Assembly (NCBI GenBank): GCA_051294905.1
Contig: CM119371.1
Location: forward strand, 20,214,001 to 20,278,000
Direction: 5' to 3'
DNA length: 64,000 nt
Source: Botryllus schlosseri
Taxonomy: Eukaryota
Below the pieces are notes generated by a model. It made no database searches and was not told where the DNA came from. It worked only from the letters and a program-made list of their open reading frames with translations. Below are positions 38,860 to 50,166 of this stretch, piece after piece (position 1 is the first letter of the stretch; each line of letters opens with the position of its first letter). A program made the translations under genes and the position numbers.

Positions 38860-39977
38860 ATAACAAATTATACTGCATTCGTAAAGTGGGTTTCTACGAT
38901 CCGGCGTCACCGAGCTAGGTAGGCCTCTCAGGGATCCTCGTACATCTCTTGATGCCTCTACAACTTCTTGCGGGATGACAGGGACATCAGTTTCATTGTT
39001 GATAATCCACCTAAATTTGAAGGGAGTTGAGCGCTTGATATTAAAAAAAAATCAAGAAATATATTACCTGTGTTTTCTGGCATAGTTGTATAACACTGCT
39101 GTTGCAACAATCACAGCCATTGCTGTGTTGACACTTATCCGTAGACGACCCCGTGATAAGCAGGGAAACACGCTCTTCCACACTCCTAAAAGTCCGTTCT
39201 ATAGTTATTCTGGAGGATATTTGAACCTTGTTATATCGACGTTCAGCAGCTATTTGTCGTAAAATCGTGGGGCCCCATTGGCTGCGACTTCACCTTGTGG
39301 GAATTTGATGTATTTTGAGCTTTTATGAGCTATGGCAATACTGTCCAGGTTCATGTACCAGTTCCCTAGCAACAACTTGAAAGCTTCCTGCGAGATAGTG
39401 TAATGGTTATGCGTCCGGCTTCTCGATCGGTAGGTCGCGGGTTCTATCCCCGGCCGGGTCACACCAAAGATTCGAAAATTGGTATCCGCAGCTATCCTGC
39501 TAGGCGCTCAGCAATCACGGATAGCATGGAGGAGAAAAAAAACGGGGACGCAGACGAGATGACCTCAGGGCCGTATCGCAACTCCGTCGTCAAAGCATCT
39601 CGATGGTACAGGCGAAAAAAAATCATATCTCTCTCTCCTGCGGCGTAAGAGCGCAAAACAACACGGAACTTTAACAACGGGGGCAGGGGCAGACCTTTGT
39701 TGGATGGGTTGGTAAGGCCACACTGTAGGACCTCCATAAATCCACTAACACCGGCTTTCGTAAGCCTATAGCGATCAGAACACAGTTCCTCAGTGAGGTA
39801 TTCCAAGGGATTATCAGAATCTGTAAGGTACTTCTGTACTTGCTGCAGCTTGTTTCCATCCACTTGCATGTAATATTCTAACATATCTATGTCAATATCC
39901 ATTTTATCTGAAAGGAATGAAACACGTACTGTATACCTATCTGCCGATATATGGAATCGGTGCCTCGTGCACACCAA
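38860..39977 (-). pseudogene. PIF/Harbinger (HARBI1-like) transposase pseudogene, right-arm copy (retains 5' end)
   Basis: ORF 39492-39977 reads …YLTDSDNPLEYLTEELCSDRYRLTKAGV…RSYAAG. Removing the SINE gives YAAGSFQ, matching the HARBI1 Y/FATGSFQ motif. Confidence 0.82.
39393..39635 (+). mobile_element. tRNA-derived SINE (mirror of 20475-20720)
   Basis: AGATAGTGTAATGGTT…GGGTTCTATCCCCGG. TSD TCCTGCG at 39386-39392 and 39636-39642. Confidence 0.82.
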
Positions 39978-40281
39978 AGATTCTACTAACTGTACAGGTA
40001 CACACGGATTTAACAGTCAATCTGACCGACAACCAACCGTTTTATGTTATGAAGCGACAACAAATCTGCCGACCATCGAACCTCTCGACCGTGAATCACG
40101 TGTTGCCCATCTATCCGTGGGTTAGTTATCTATAGTATGATAGCAAAGCAGTTTATCGACACTTAAACTTTATTCAAGAGGGTAATGCCATGTTTTTGAA
40201 ATGCTACACGTAGGAGGATTTTTACGTAACGTGTCAATCAGCTTGTCGTACATCAGGGGTTCTTAAAGTATGGGTTGCGAC

Positions 40282-41833
40282 CAGAGTTGGATCAATTGTA
40301 ATTTGTACTTGACCTGAATGTAATTAATACATTTTTCCATGTAATTGTAATTGTAATTTGATAAAAATTTTGCTCAATTACAATTTCAATTACATTGTTA
40401 TGGAAACCTGGCAATCACAACATAAAATAATAATCAATCAATCATTTATTCGTCACACCAGTGAAAATCCGGTACGGACCAGGATGACGACGATGGGCCG
40501 CAACCCGCAAGGCCTTAAGGCCTTGGTACACAGTCGCCACCTGTAATAGTTAGCCTATTTACATCAGTGTTCTATGCGTGCCGTGTTAAAACTAGATAAT
40601 TCAGCCATGCTAAACTGTTTCCCATACTTCAGCAGCAACAGAAAACTTTGTGAATTACTATTATAGGCTAACCCAGTGGTTCTCAAACTGGGGGACGTTC
40701 CCCCTTGGGCGACGTGAAAGCATCTGAAGGGGGGCGCGAAGCTCCGGTAAACTGAAATTTTTTCCGCGCTTGGCGCGGTTCACCTCCATTTCATAGTTAT
40801 TGCTCTGTGTATAGTCCATATTTTCTATTGGAGAATTATCTCATCAACAGTCATAACCTTCCATACCATCAAACTATCTGTAAGGATTGCTAACATTCTG
40901 GTTTCCTTGTGTGCCGTGACGATAAGGGGGGCACGAAATATTTCACTGTCATAAAGAGGGGAGTGTCTAAAAAAGTTGAAGAACTAGTGGGCTAAACTAA
41001 ATCTTAATATTTCAAAAATGGATGAACAGCAAATAAACTCTTCTGAAACCTGTGCTGAACCATTTCCTACGCCACGGTCAGAGTTTTTCTTTTAAATCTC
41101 TGACCAGTACCGAGGCTTGCTGCAACAATTGCAAAAAGAAATTCAAGTTTCCAACCAAGGTTTTATCAAACTTGATCACGCATTTGTAGAGATGTTATCC
41201 CAATTTTACTTCCAATCTCGGCCAAATTTACTGGGGCCAGAAACTTTTCGCACTCCAAAGTTCATCAAATGCAATCTAACAGTTTCGGAGGAAGTGAAAA
41301 TGTAAATGCGAACCTGAATGTTGCAATTCGTAGTTATCGGAAGGTTCTTTCCTGTTGCATTTATTTTAATTTTATATGCCTTATCGCTTACCAATTACAT
41401 TTCATTATCCTCACTCAGCTCTGAGTAGCCTAATCGTTTGATTGCATTTCATTACCTGTCCTGTAGCCTATTCGCTGTTAGTCGCTCAAACTTATGGTTG
41501 TTAGCAGTCACTTGAAGCATTTTTCTGTGTTTGTAGTTTTCAGTACTCATGATTAGGAATAGTTCGAATACGTTCGAGTTTTTTTTTAATTAAAGGATAT
41601 TCTACGTATCATGAATGAAACATGAATAGATTCAGATTGTCGCTAATTACGTCACTGCGGTTGTCAAAGAACACCTCTCTACCGAGTCAATCACATGTTT
41701 AACAGTAATTGTAATTGTAATTTGATATTTTTAGCATTGAGTAATTGTAATTGTAATGTAATTGAAACATGCAAGGAAGTAATTCTAATTGTAATTGTAA
41801 TTGTTCTGAAATATTGAAATTGATCCATCTCTG
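40282..41833. mobile_element. hAT-type (CAATTA)n MITE, mirror of 18621-20197
   Basis: TSD GTTGCGAC at 40274-40281 and 41834-41841. Confidence 0.9.
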
Positions 41834-42297
41834 GTTGCGACCAAAACATGGGTCGCGAAGGGTATAATTTTGTGTGGCGGCGGCACCAGATCAATCTTTT
41901 AATATATATATGGCAAATAGATTAAGTGCAATAAAAAAATTCTTCGCGCGATTACCTGTGGTTGATTTGTCTGCGTCCGAGTTCACTGTGTCGGGTACTA
42001 TATCCAGTGAGCGAGACACGCAAAAATGTTGTTACTACAATATGGCTATATCATGAAAATTTATCGACATTTGTATTACACAGATCGGCTCGAATTCATG
42101 ATAAGATTTGTCAGATATTGGTTTGTCTGTAAAACACTGTAGGATATCGCTTGGAGGCTTCAATGTAGAGGTGTGAAACAATCGGGTACGGGACTGTATG
42201 GCAGAGGTATTTTGAGGCAAACCCTTTCCGCACCGGAACACATGAAAACATGAAGATTAGGCCATCACATTACTGAGCAAAATGCGGTGTCAGGAAG

Positions 42298-42600
42298 GGT
42301 CCGTGGACATATGAGCATGCGACATTACAGCATGCGAGACTTCGGCATGCGACAATTTGGCATGCGACAAATGAGCATGTGGGTTAAATTACGGGTCAGG
42401 GGTATGTTAGGGTTGGATTTATGGTTGGGTTAGGGTTAGGCTTTAGGTTAGGTTAGGCTAGGTTAGGTTAGGTTAGGCTATGTTTCGGGTTAGGGTAAGT
42501 TTTTGGGTTATACAGTCACATGCTGAAGTGACGCATGCTGATGTGTTCCATGCTGAACTGTCGTTTTCCATTGTGTCGCATGCTCATATGTCGGGCAACC
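42298..42600. mobile_element. Mutator-like MITE with internal (TTAGG/TTAGGG)-like repeats, right arm only
   Basis: Imperfect TIRs GG…GACATATGAGCATGCGACA / TGTCGCATGCTCATATGTC…CC. 9-bp TSD GTCAGGAAG at 42289-42297 and 42601-42609. Empty site CTTCCTGAC at 18157-18165. Confidence 0.88.
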
Positions 42601-43454
42601 GTCAGGAAGATGTGCGGACATGAAGCCAAAATGACCGTCACCGGTTGGTGAAACCTTGGATGCTGATACGTCCGGTTGTTAAAATGGTCGGCACCGGCAC
42701 AGTTTGTTTGTATGTGGTATTCATGGTGTTTGTCGACTTCTATGGTCATTTACACCAGGCCGATATTGTTCATTATTTTCCGTAACTGCCGACTTATAGA
42801 ACAGCCCACCTCTAGGCTTTTTGTAAGACACCGCTTACGCGGATGAGGTGGCCAGGAGGAGCCTAGGTAAACCTACAACATTTAGGTATCGGAATTCTGA
42901 AGTCGACCTCAGGTGAGAGTTGAAAAGAGAGAAGTAGATGGTTCGTAGTACTGATCTGGAAACCAAAGATTGCAGACGGACAGTGATTGATGGTACATAA
43001 AAATCCTATTACAGTTGTTATTACTATAGTAATTCAAAGATACCTTTGAAAGCAATTGTTTTCATGATAAAGAAGTTGGGGTCGGAGTCGGATTCGAAAT
43101 CAGGGTCATTTTCACAAACTCCGACTCCACCGACTCCGACTCCACATCCCTGCTCTGTACCCCCCATTGCAGCTCGATATCAATATTCTATAATCCGTTT
43201 CTTAGCTGTACCGTACTAATTGGACACGACTTTCATTTCGCGATGATGATAATTCTTCCTATTACAGTGGCAGTATCGTTATCAGCAGGCTGCCGTTTTA
43301 TTCAACAAATTGACAATTGACAGCCAATAACGTGTTTTCACATTAAGATGCAACAGATAACGCTATCATCCATATACATGGCTACACGGAGCATTATCTG
43401 GAACAGCTATATACAGCAATACACTGCTATAGTCAGATTACTTACGGTCTACGA

Positions 43455-44758
43455 CAGTGGTCGGGAACCTATGGCTCGCGAGCCAGATATGGCTCTTTTT
43501 GGCATAAGATATGGCTCTCTGCGAAATTTTTATTTTTGTGCCTAATGTTTCAATATTGCAGCAACTTGTTATTAAATCTTCAGCACGAGCAGTATAATTA
43601 TCCTTTTGGCAGTATAAGCATGTATTTGAGAGGTTAATACAGTGACGTATTGAAAGTTATGGGCTCGGACACCCTTTTCATAATGCTCAAATTTAAGTTG
43701 CTGTCGCGCCGGCGACCAAGATCACTCGCAAATTCGATGTAGCCGGTACGAAATCTAGAATTGCACGATGCATTCATTGATCAAAGAGACTATAGGAGAC
43801 ATGGCGGCGCCTGTATCACAATGCAGTTTTCAAATATATATTGTCTTTCTGATCTCCGGCGAGAAATATACTGCCGTGGAAGTGACATTCACAATTACAA
43901 ATTTAAATTACAAACAACGCCATAGCTAGTATCCATGTTATTGATTGATTGAACGTAGCTTTGTAGTCGCTGTTAAAATGCAGGCATGTTGCGCAAATGT
44001 TACCGCTGAATACTTTGAGAATGATATCACAATGCCTTAACGTCTGTTTTGAACTTTATTTTCTAACAATAAATAGGCAAGTTGCTTGATTTTGGTAGTA
44101 GAAATGTTCAAAATCTCGTAGACAGGTGAGACACTGCCTCACTTGCCTCCCCTGACCCCACGCCACCAACGCATCACAAATGGGTTTGGCTAAGTATACT
44201 AATGTATAACTAATAATTACCATGTTTGGCTCCACCTACGTATGCCATCATGGGTTCTCGCATTTAATAATGACATCAAGACGAACTTACGATCTCGTAT
44301 AACTGACGGAAGTCTCAAATTTTGTATGAGGTTTAACCCTAACAGTTATCAACCATACTAAAAAGCCATCAGGCATACCATGCACCACCAAAAGACGCAT
44401 TTACTGTAAAAGGCGTGTTAAAAGTAGATAGATACTTTTATTGTTGTCTACGTCTGTTGGAAATCAAAATGTTATTCGACTTGAGCTTCGAAAAATATCA
44501 TATGCCTCTCAGTGCAATATAATTAAAGATATATTACTTGCAAAATATCTATGTAGCTCAAGTTTTGCATACTCATTATTCAAATAAGGCAACCAGCACG
44601 ACGAATCCCATGTAGTGATGTCGAATTCGCACTACCATGACGTCACGATTTCCATTTGTGACGTAGTAATTGATTGTTATGTATGGCTCTTTAAGAGGTA
44701 AAATCAAAAATTAGCGGTCAATATGGCTCTTCGGGCGAAAAAGGTTCCCTTACCACTG
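43455..44758. mobile_element. hAT-type MITE of the same family as 22737-24198
   Basis: Starts CAGTGGTCGGGAACC and ends GGTTCCCTTACCACTG. TSD GTCTACGA at 43447-43454 and 44759-44766. Confidence 0.92.
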
Positions 44759-45371
44759 GTCTACGACAACGTAAGCGATATTAATCACTTCGTTTGCGAT
44801 CTATTTATTTGGGACATACTGTCGCAGGCTCAGTAAAATCAGGATGCACAATAGTTGAATGACTGATTGCTCACAATCAATCAATCAATCAACAGACAGA
44901 TTATATTTTTATCAGTCCAAGACACACACACAATGTACAATGTGATATACAAGACACACAATGCTTCACTCTTAGCGATTTATCTGCATTCTGTAATCCA
45001 TTGCGTCGCTGTACTATACCGTACTGATGCGATAGATAGCCTATCATCGCATGCACAACTTGATTAAAGCCCCGGGATTCTCATCGCGCGTAAGCTTATC
45101 AAACTTTATGCTTGTGGATTAGCAGCTTTTTGTCACACGATCAGCATTCTTCCGGATCAGCAAACTTTATTATCTCCGTCGAAAATGGGTCACGATTAGC
45201 GGTTTTTAATCACACGAATAGCATTCCACGGGATCAGCTAACTTTATCATCTCCGCCCTTAGAAATACTACGTTCCTTAACGCCTCTTGATGCAGTCGGT
45301 TAAATGTTGATCATTTTTGTTACCGTGCATCAAGAACAGAGAATTCTCTGTTCATTGTGCACGGTATGTAC

Positions 45372-45945
45372 CGGGGACAAAATTGAAATACAACGCAGCT
45401 TACAGTCAAGTTTACCGCATTCGAGACCACGTCACTTTTTCAGCGCAGTGCTCCTCGGAACATTTTCATATATAAATGTACAGTGACGCTGGTATTGACG
45501 TTACCCTCAAAATCAGACAATTTATAGACGATTTTTAACGTAATTCTGTCCTTTGTTGCTCCACCTACCGTTAAACAAAACTTTGGTAGTTTGGTCAAAT
45601 ATTTCAGGATCGGATCTGATAAATACTATCACTATCTTTTATAGAACCTGATTAACATCAAACGGCATAGAAGCATCTCTATGATCCCAAAAACTTTTTT
45701 AATTACAGTGCTAGCCTAGAGTGCAATTAATATCCCATCTCTTCTGCGATATGATTTATTTGAAATATTGAACATTACAAATCGATCGCGGCCCCGCGGC
45801 CCCAGTCTGCCGAGATTCCCCACTACTTGCTTACTACGTCAAATTTTAGTGGCTGTATTTGCGTGTGTGCGCAGCGTGCGAGAGAGGAGCTTACGCGTAA
45901 GTAAGTAGAAGCGAGAAGACTTGCATTGTCGGAACTGATGGTTCT
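45372..45945 (+). repeat. Third, rearranged partial copy of duplication-arm sequence
   Basis: 45372-45788 matches 24701-25126. 45793-45945 matches 22579-22732. Confidence 0.85.
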
Positions 45946-45946
45946 C

Positions 45947-46675
45947 CAGGGCTGACCAACCTTTTCAGCCAAAGGGCCACATTTGATTGACGAACTATTG
46001 CGCGGGCCACTGGCCGTGCCAGGCGCGAAAATTTTTCGAAGTTCATAGTTCAATATTATTGTCATTTGACTATATTGCAGGCCTGCTGTAGGCTATATCG
46101 CTGGGATCAGTTTGAAAGGAATGGGCTATTCGGCGCTCGGACATATCGATATCGAAAGCTTCGACCAAACATGCGTCAATTATTTTGTGCCTAGGTTTCA
46201 TAGTCGACGGTCTTTCTGCGAGCGCAAACGCAAGGTCGCATATGTTGAACGACACTTTGTCTCGTAATCGCGAATATAGTTAGACTCAATCTGATACATT
46301 AGGCGTTCTTTCATTTTCACAAAGGGGTAACAATTTAAAAGCAAGAAATCGAGTGATAACATGTTACGCGAAGCGTGTAGAAGTTTTTTACTTTCGATAA
46401 ATCTATCGCAAATTATTCTGCTATATTGTGGTCTACGAAGATCTACCAAAATGTGACTGGCTCAATGACCTGCCAATGCGTCGGAACTGATATTTTAGTC
46501 ATCACATCTCTAGTGTGGCGGCCAGACTAATCAAATTTTTGGTTGGCCTTGCAAGTTCACAATCTGTGCAATCCATTTTTGATAATATTACTAATTTCGG
46601 AAATTAGCTCGCGGGCCACTCAAAACCTTTTTGCGGGCCACATGTGGCCCGCGGGCCACGGGTTGGCCGGCGCTG
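45947..46675. mobile_element. hAT-type MITE (family shared with 58052-58771)
   Basis: Ends CAGGGCTGACCAACC / GGTTGGCCGGCGCTG. Colinear with 58052-58771. TSD not preserved. Confidence 0.8.
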
Positions 46676-47556
46676 GTTTAGTACATAAAAACACTTTTAT
46701 GATCAATTTTGGTCATCTTCATCGTGATCTTCTATCCCCGAAAACCCCCCAAAGATTCACGGGACAATTCTCCTTACTACTGGATATGTAATGTTGACCG
46801 CGTCATCGGTCTATAGCTTTTGTGACGTTATCAGTTGAAAACGACCGTGTAGAGATAATATATTGCAATAAAATAGCCATTTTTTCAAAATTGTACTTGA
46901 ATGCAGTCCTATAAAGGCCACACGCACATCGATTTTACTCTGCACAACCTGTCCATCATGCCCATGGGAATCATGTATTGGTTGCACTATAGAGTATGAC
47001 TGGAGTGACGACTCGATTGTTCTCCCATTGTTAGCCGGCAGAATGGTCACGGTCAGATGGATGCACCCAAAACAGGATAGCTCAGTGCTTGTTTCAATGG
47101 CGTTCAAGGCGATTCGTCGTGTATTTCTTGAAGTTGCGTCGGAATTAGTTAGACAGTTCAACATTTAGGTAGCGGTGGCGAGTCGTTATGACTGGTGAAT
47201 AATACTGTGTAGCCTATGATACATTTCTCACGAGATTGATGTGATATTGTGGCTTTGATCGTTTGCAGAGTTTGCTACGTATATGAATATAATGACAGAA
47301 GGTATGGGATATCTGGTTCGTGTGCATTGGCTATTGTGAGATGAATTCATGGAAAGAAAGACTGAAGAATACTACAAAGTGAACAAGTGGGAAGATCTTG
47401 AACTATACCGATATGCAATTCACAATATCGTTGATTGAAAATATGTCCTATATTAACTGCAGAAACTCGAGTATGAATATAACAAATAATATTGCAACTG
47501 TCTTGTAGTCTTATATAATGCCTGTCCGATAACCGCAGAAACTTGAGTATGAGTAG

Positions 47557-48847
47557 CAGGACCGTAACTGCCACACCTCAAACCCCCCAATTGGGGGGGG
47601 GACAGAGCTCGAAGAGGGCTCAAAATTATTTCGCGAATTAGCATAAATTATTGAGTATTTTTCAAAAATTTTTCGCTCTGCGTGCGATTTCGAGTTGCCC
47701 ACTTTCTTAGTTATTTGGTAGCCTACTCTTCCCCAAGACAAAATACTCAAGATCTATCGAAATGGACATATCGGCGAGACATTTAAAGTTTTAGAACATG
47801 TAACATGCGACTCCAAGAAGTGTGCCAGAACGATCAGCAGCGAGAAAACCTGGGCCAAAATGGACTGCCCGCTTACGCTGACCGAAAACTTCGTTATATA
47901 TGCAAAATGCATATAGGTTTAATTGTCCATAGGCGCCTAAATGACTGGCGCCGAATGTTCCTGTCTTGGCAATCTGAACCTCAGAAGACAAATACCATTC
48001 CGCAGGGTAAAATTGTATGCCCGTAAAGAAATACCAATTTGAAATCGTGTGCGTCGTTAATCTAGTACATTTGGGCGATTCTATATTTTTTGATATAACA
48101 GACAGGAGATCACAAAATGACATCATGAAACGAAGTCATACCAACGGGGCCGCCCGCCTGAATATCTTTAATTATTATTTACGGGCCCTACAGTTTCCAA
48201 GCCACCTCATTCAGCTCTACCGGTAAATCTGACAACGTGAACAGAGAGAACAAGAAATTGATAGTAATGTATATGCAATTCCCAATATTATTGACCGATT
48301 TTATCATGAATTATCGAATATTTTCGCGCCTCGCGCTGGCTCACTAAACTGTTGCCCTTATTTCGTGACAAAAGCGAACAACGTGATGGAGGGGGGCGGT
48401 TTATCACCCTATGGGAGCCCAAGACCCAAGTTTTATTGGGGGGCCTGGCCAAGTGCTGTTTCGTTCCTGCGAACGGGTATACGCCCGAAGATGTTCAATT
48501 ATTATTGAGGGGTCCTACCATTTCAAACACACCTCACTCAGGTCTACCATTAAATCTGATTACGTGGGCAGAGAGAGGATAAAAATTGATAACAATATAT
48601 ATCCAATTCCCGATCATATTGACCGATTAAATCATGAATTATGAAATTTTTCGCGCTTGCCGCGTGTGGACGACCAAATCTGCCCCACTAAACGGACGGT
48701 GAACTCAGATGATGAGTAGCGGTAAACATCGTATAGCCAATGAGGAGTCTGGGGGGCCAAGCCCCCCAGAACTTCGGTTTATCACCCTATTGGGGGCCCA
48801 TGACCAACGTTTTTTTGGCGGGCTGACGAAGTGCTGTTACGGCCCTG
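47557..48847. mobile_element. hAT-type MITE nested in element 46987-50454
   Basis: Ends CAGGACCGTAAC / GTTACGGCCCTG. TSD ATGAGTAG (47549-47556) / ATGACTAG (48848-48855). Confidence 0.85.
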
Positions 48848-49117
48848 ATGACTAGAACAAGAGCCTTGTGTAATGTTAATGTTCTGCTTGAGCTCGACTC
48901 ACAATAGCCAGAGCTTACTCCTTGAAAGTGTGCAAAATCGCACTTGAAGGGAACTCGTTGTCATTGCCAAGAACACAGGAAGACGTCTGCCGGTCGACAT
49001 TAGTAGTAAGCCAATGCACCACGTCAAGGTTTCGACCAACGCATTGGTTTCCTTTTTTAGGTAGGGAACCTCAATGTGGATAGGCAGCATTTGCCACAGA
49101 GAGAAAAAACTACCATA

Positions 49118-50166
49118 CTAAAAGAGCATATTGTTCATTTCTTTTTTCAAGCCATCTCGCAAACTTTTGGAAAATTTGGAGGACTTTCTTTGCTTCTCAT
49201 GCAATGCAAACTTTGCAAAATTGTGAGACAAGATGTTGTTTAAGTGTCTCATTGCCTTGTCCATGACATCCTCAACCTCATTTAGGTCTGAGCCAGATTG
49301 AAGTGACACAGTATGAATTAATTTGTTATAAAATGGATCACAGTGAATTGCGTCAAGTACCCTAAAAAAATTGATCTTTTTCAGGGGTTTTCCCATTTCT
49401 TTACTGTGGATAACATAAAAGCGGAGAACCATGCCATGAAACTGTTCAGACGGGCTCTTCAATCCACCGACTTTCTTCTGCATCACTTTAATGAGGTTTC
49501 CCGATGGCGCTGCAGATGTTAGGCATGTGGCAATTGCTTCGTTAGCTTGCTTAGAAATGGCTCCTAAAAGCACTCCACCAATATATTCAAGTATGTCTAA
49601 AAACATGTCAAAGTTTTTCCATGGAAAGGCAAAATATCAAAGGCTATTTACTTAACAGATTCCATGCTGTTGACTCCTCCAATCTCTGTGATTGGATCCT
49701 GTTCTTTACCGCGCACGAGAGAATCAAACATCTTCAAAAGTAATGCTGAAGCTGGCAATTGCGGCAAACCCAGCAACTTGTTAGCTTGGGGAAAGATATT
49801 TGAATAATGTTGATAAAATCCGTCAACACCAAGTTTGCAATATTCAGAATGGAGTTGTTTCACCAATGGAACAGCTTTGGTCACGTCTAGTTCCTCGAAT
49901 GATGGGGCGCATTCAAAGTATGTTTTGCTATTTACACAAGCCCTCTTCAAAACAGCAATTACAGCATCCTCAGATATATCCCAAGTACTGGTGGGAACTT
50001 TATGATTTTTGTAATGTTTTTTCAGAGCTTTCACAGTCGGAAAGGATGCTTCGCATTCCTCACAAGTCACACCTTTCCAGTTATCGAGTCCTTCAAAACA
50101 TTCTTCAATTTCCATTTCAGTTAGTCCCTCCCAGTCATCCCAAAGTGATGCAGCTGAATCAGTCAT
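49118..50166 (-). CDS. Transposon-borne two-exon gene: N-terminal C2H2 zinc finger + YIGG-motif domain (~329 aa if spliced); donor site looks mutated
   Basis: Exon 1 (50166-49656) has an acidic N-terminus and CEECEASFPTVKALKKHYKNH. Putative 59-nt intron 49655-49597 (TTAAGT…TTTTAG). Exon 2 (49596-49118) has DILEYIGGVLL…LIKVMQKKVGGLKSPS…KSLRDGLKK. 511+479=990 nt in frame. Confidence 0.72.

Larger units (their letters stand above)
34285..43215 (-). repeat. Right arm of giant inverted duplication
   Basis: Reverse complement of 17447-27945 with scattered substitutions and TE-sized indels. Confidence 0.97.

Noticed and set aside
39393..39470. Functional tRNA gene (also 20640-20720 and 52525-52600)
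   Set aside because: The Pol III boxes run into a non-tRNA body. The 39393 and 20475 copies have a tail and TSD, so these are SINE heads.
42380..42512. TTAGGG/TTAGG repeats suggesting a telomere or interstitial telomeric site
   Set aside because: Degenerate, short and wholly inside a 303-bp MITE with TIRs and a 9-bp TSD.
17447..43215. Whole palindrome as a single giant transposon or virus with ~10-kb TIRs
   Set aside because: The arms consist of ordinary host TE debris, the left outer boundary cuts through a LINE fragment, and no TSD or terminal motif is seen at 17447/43215.
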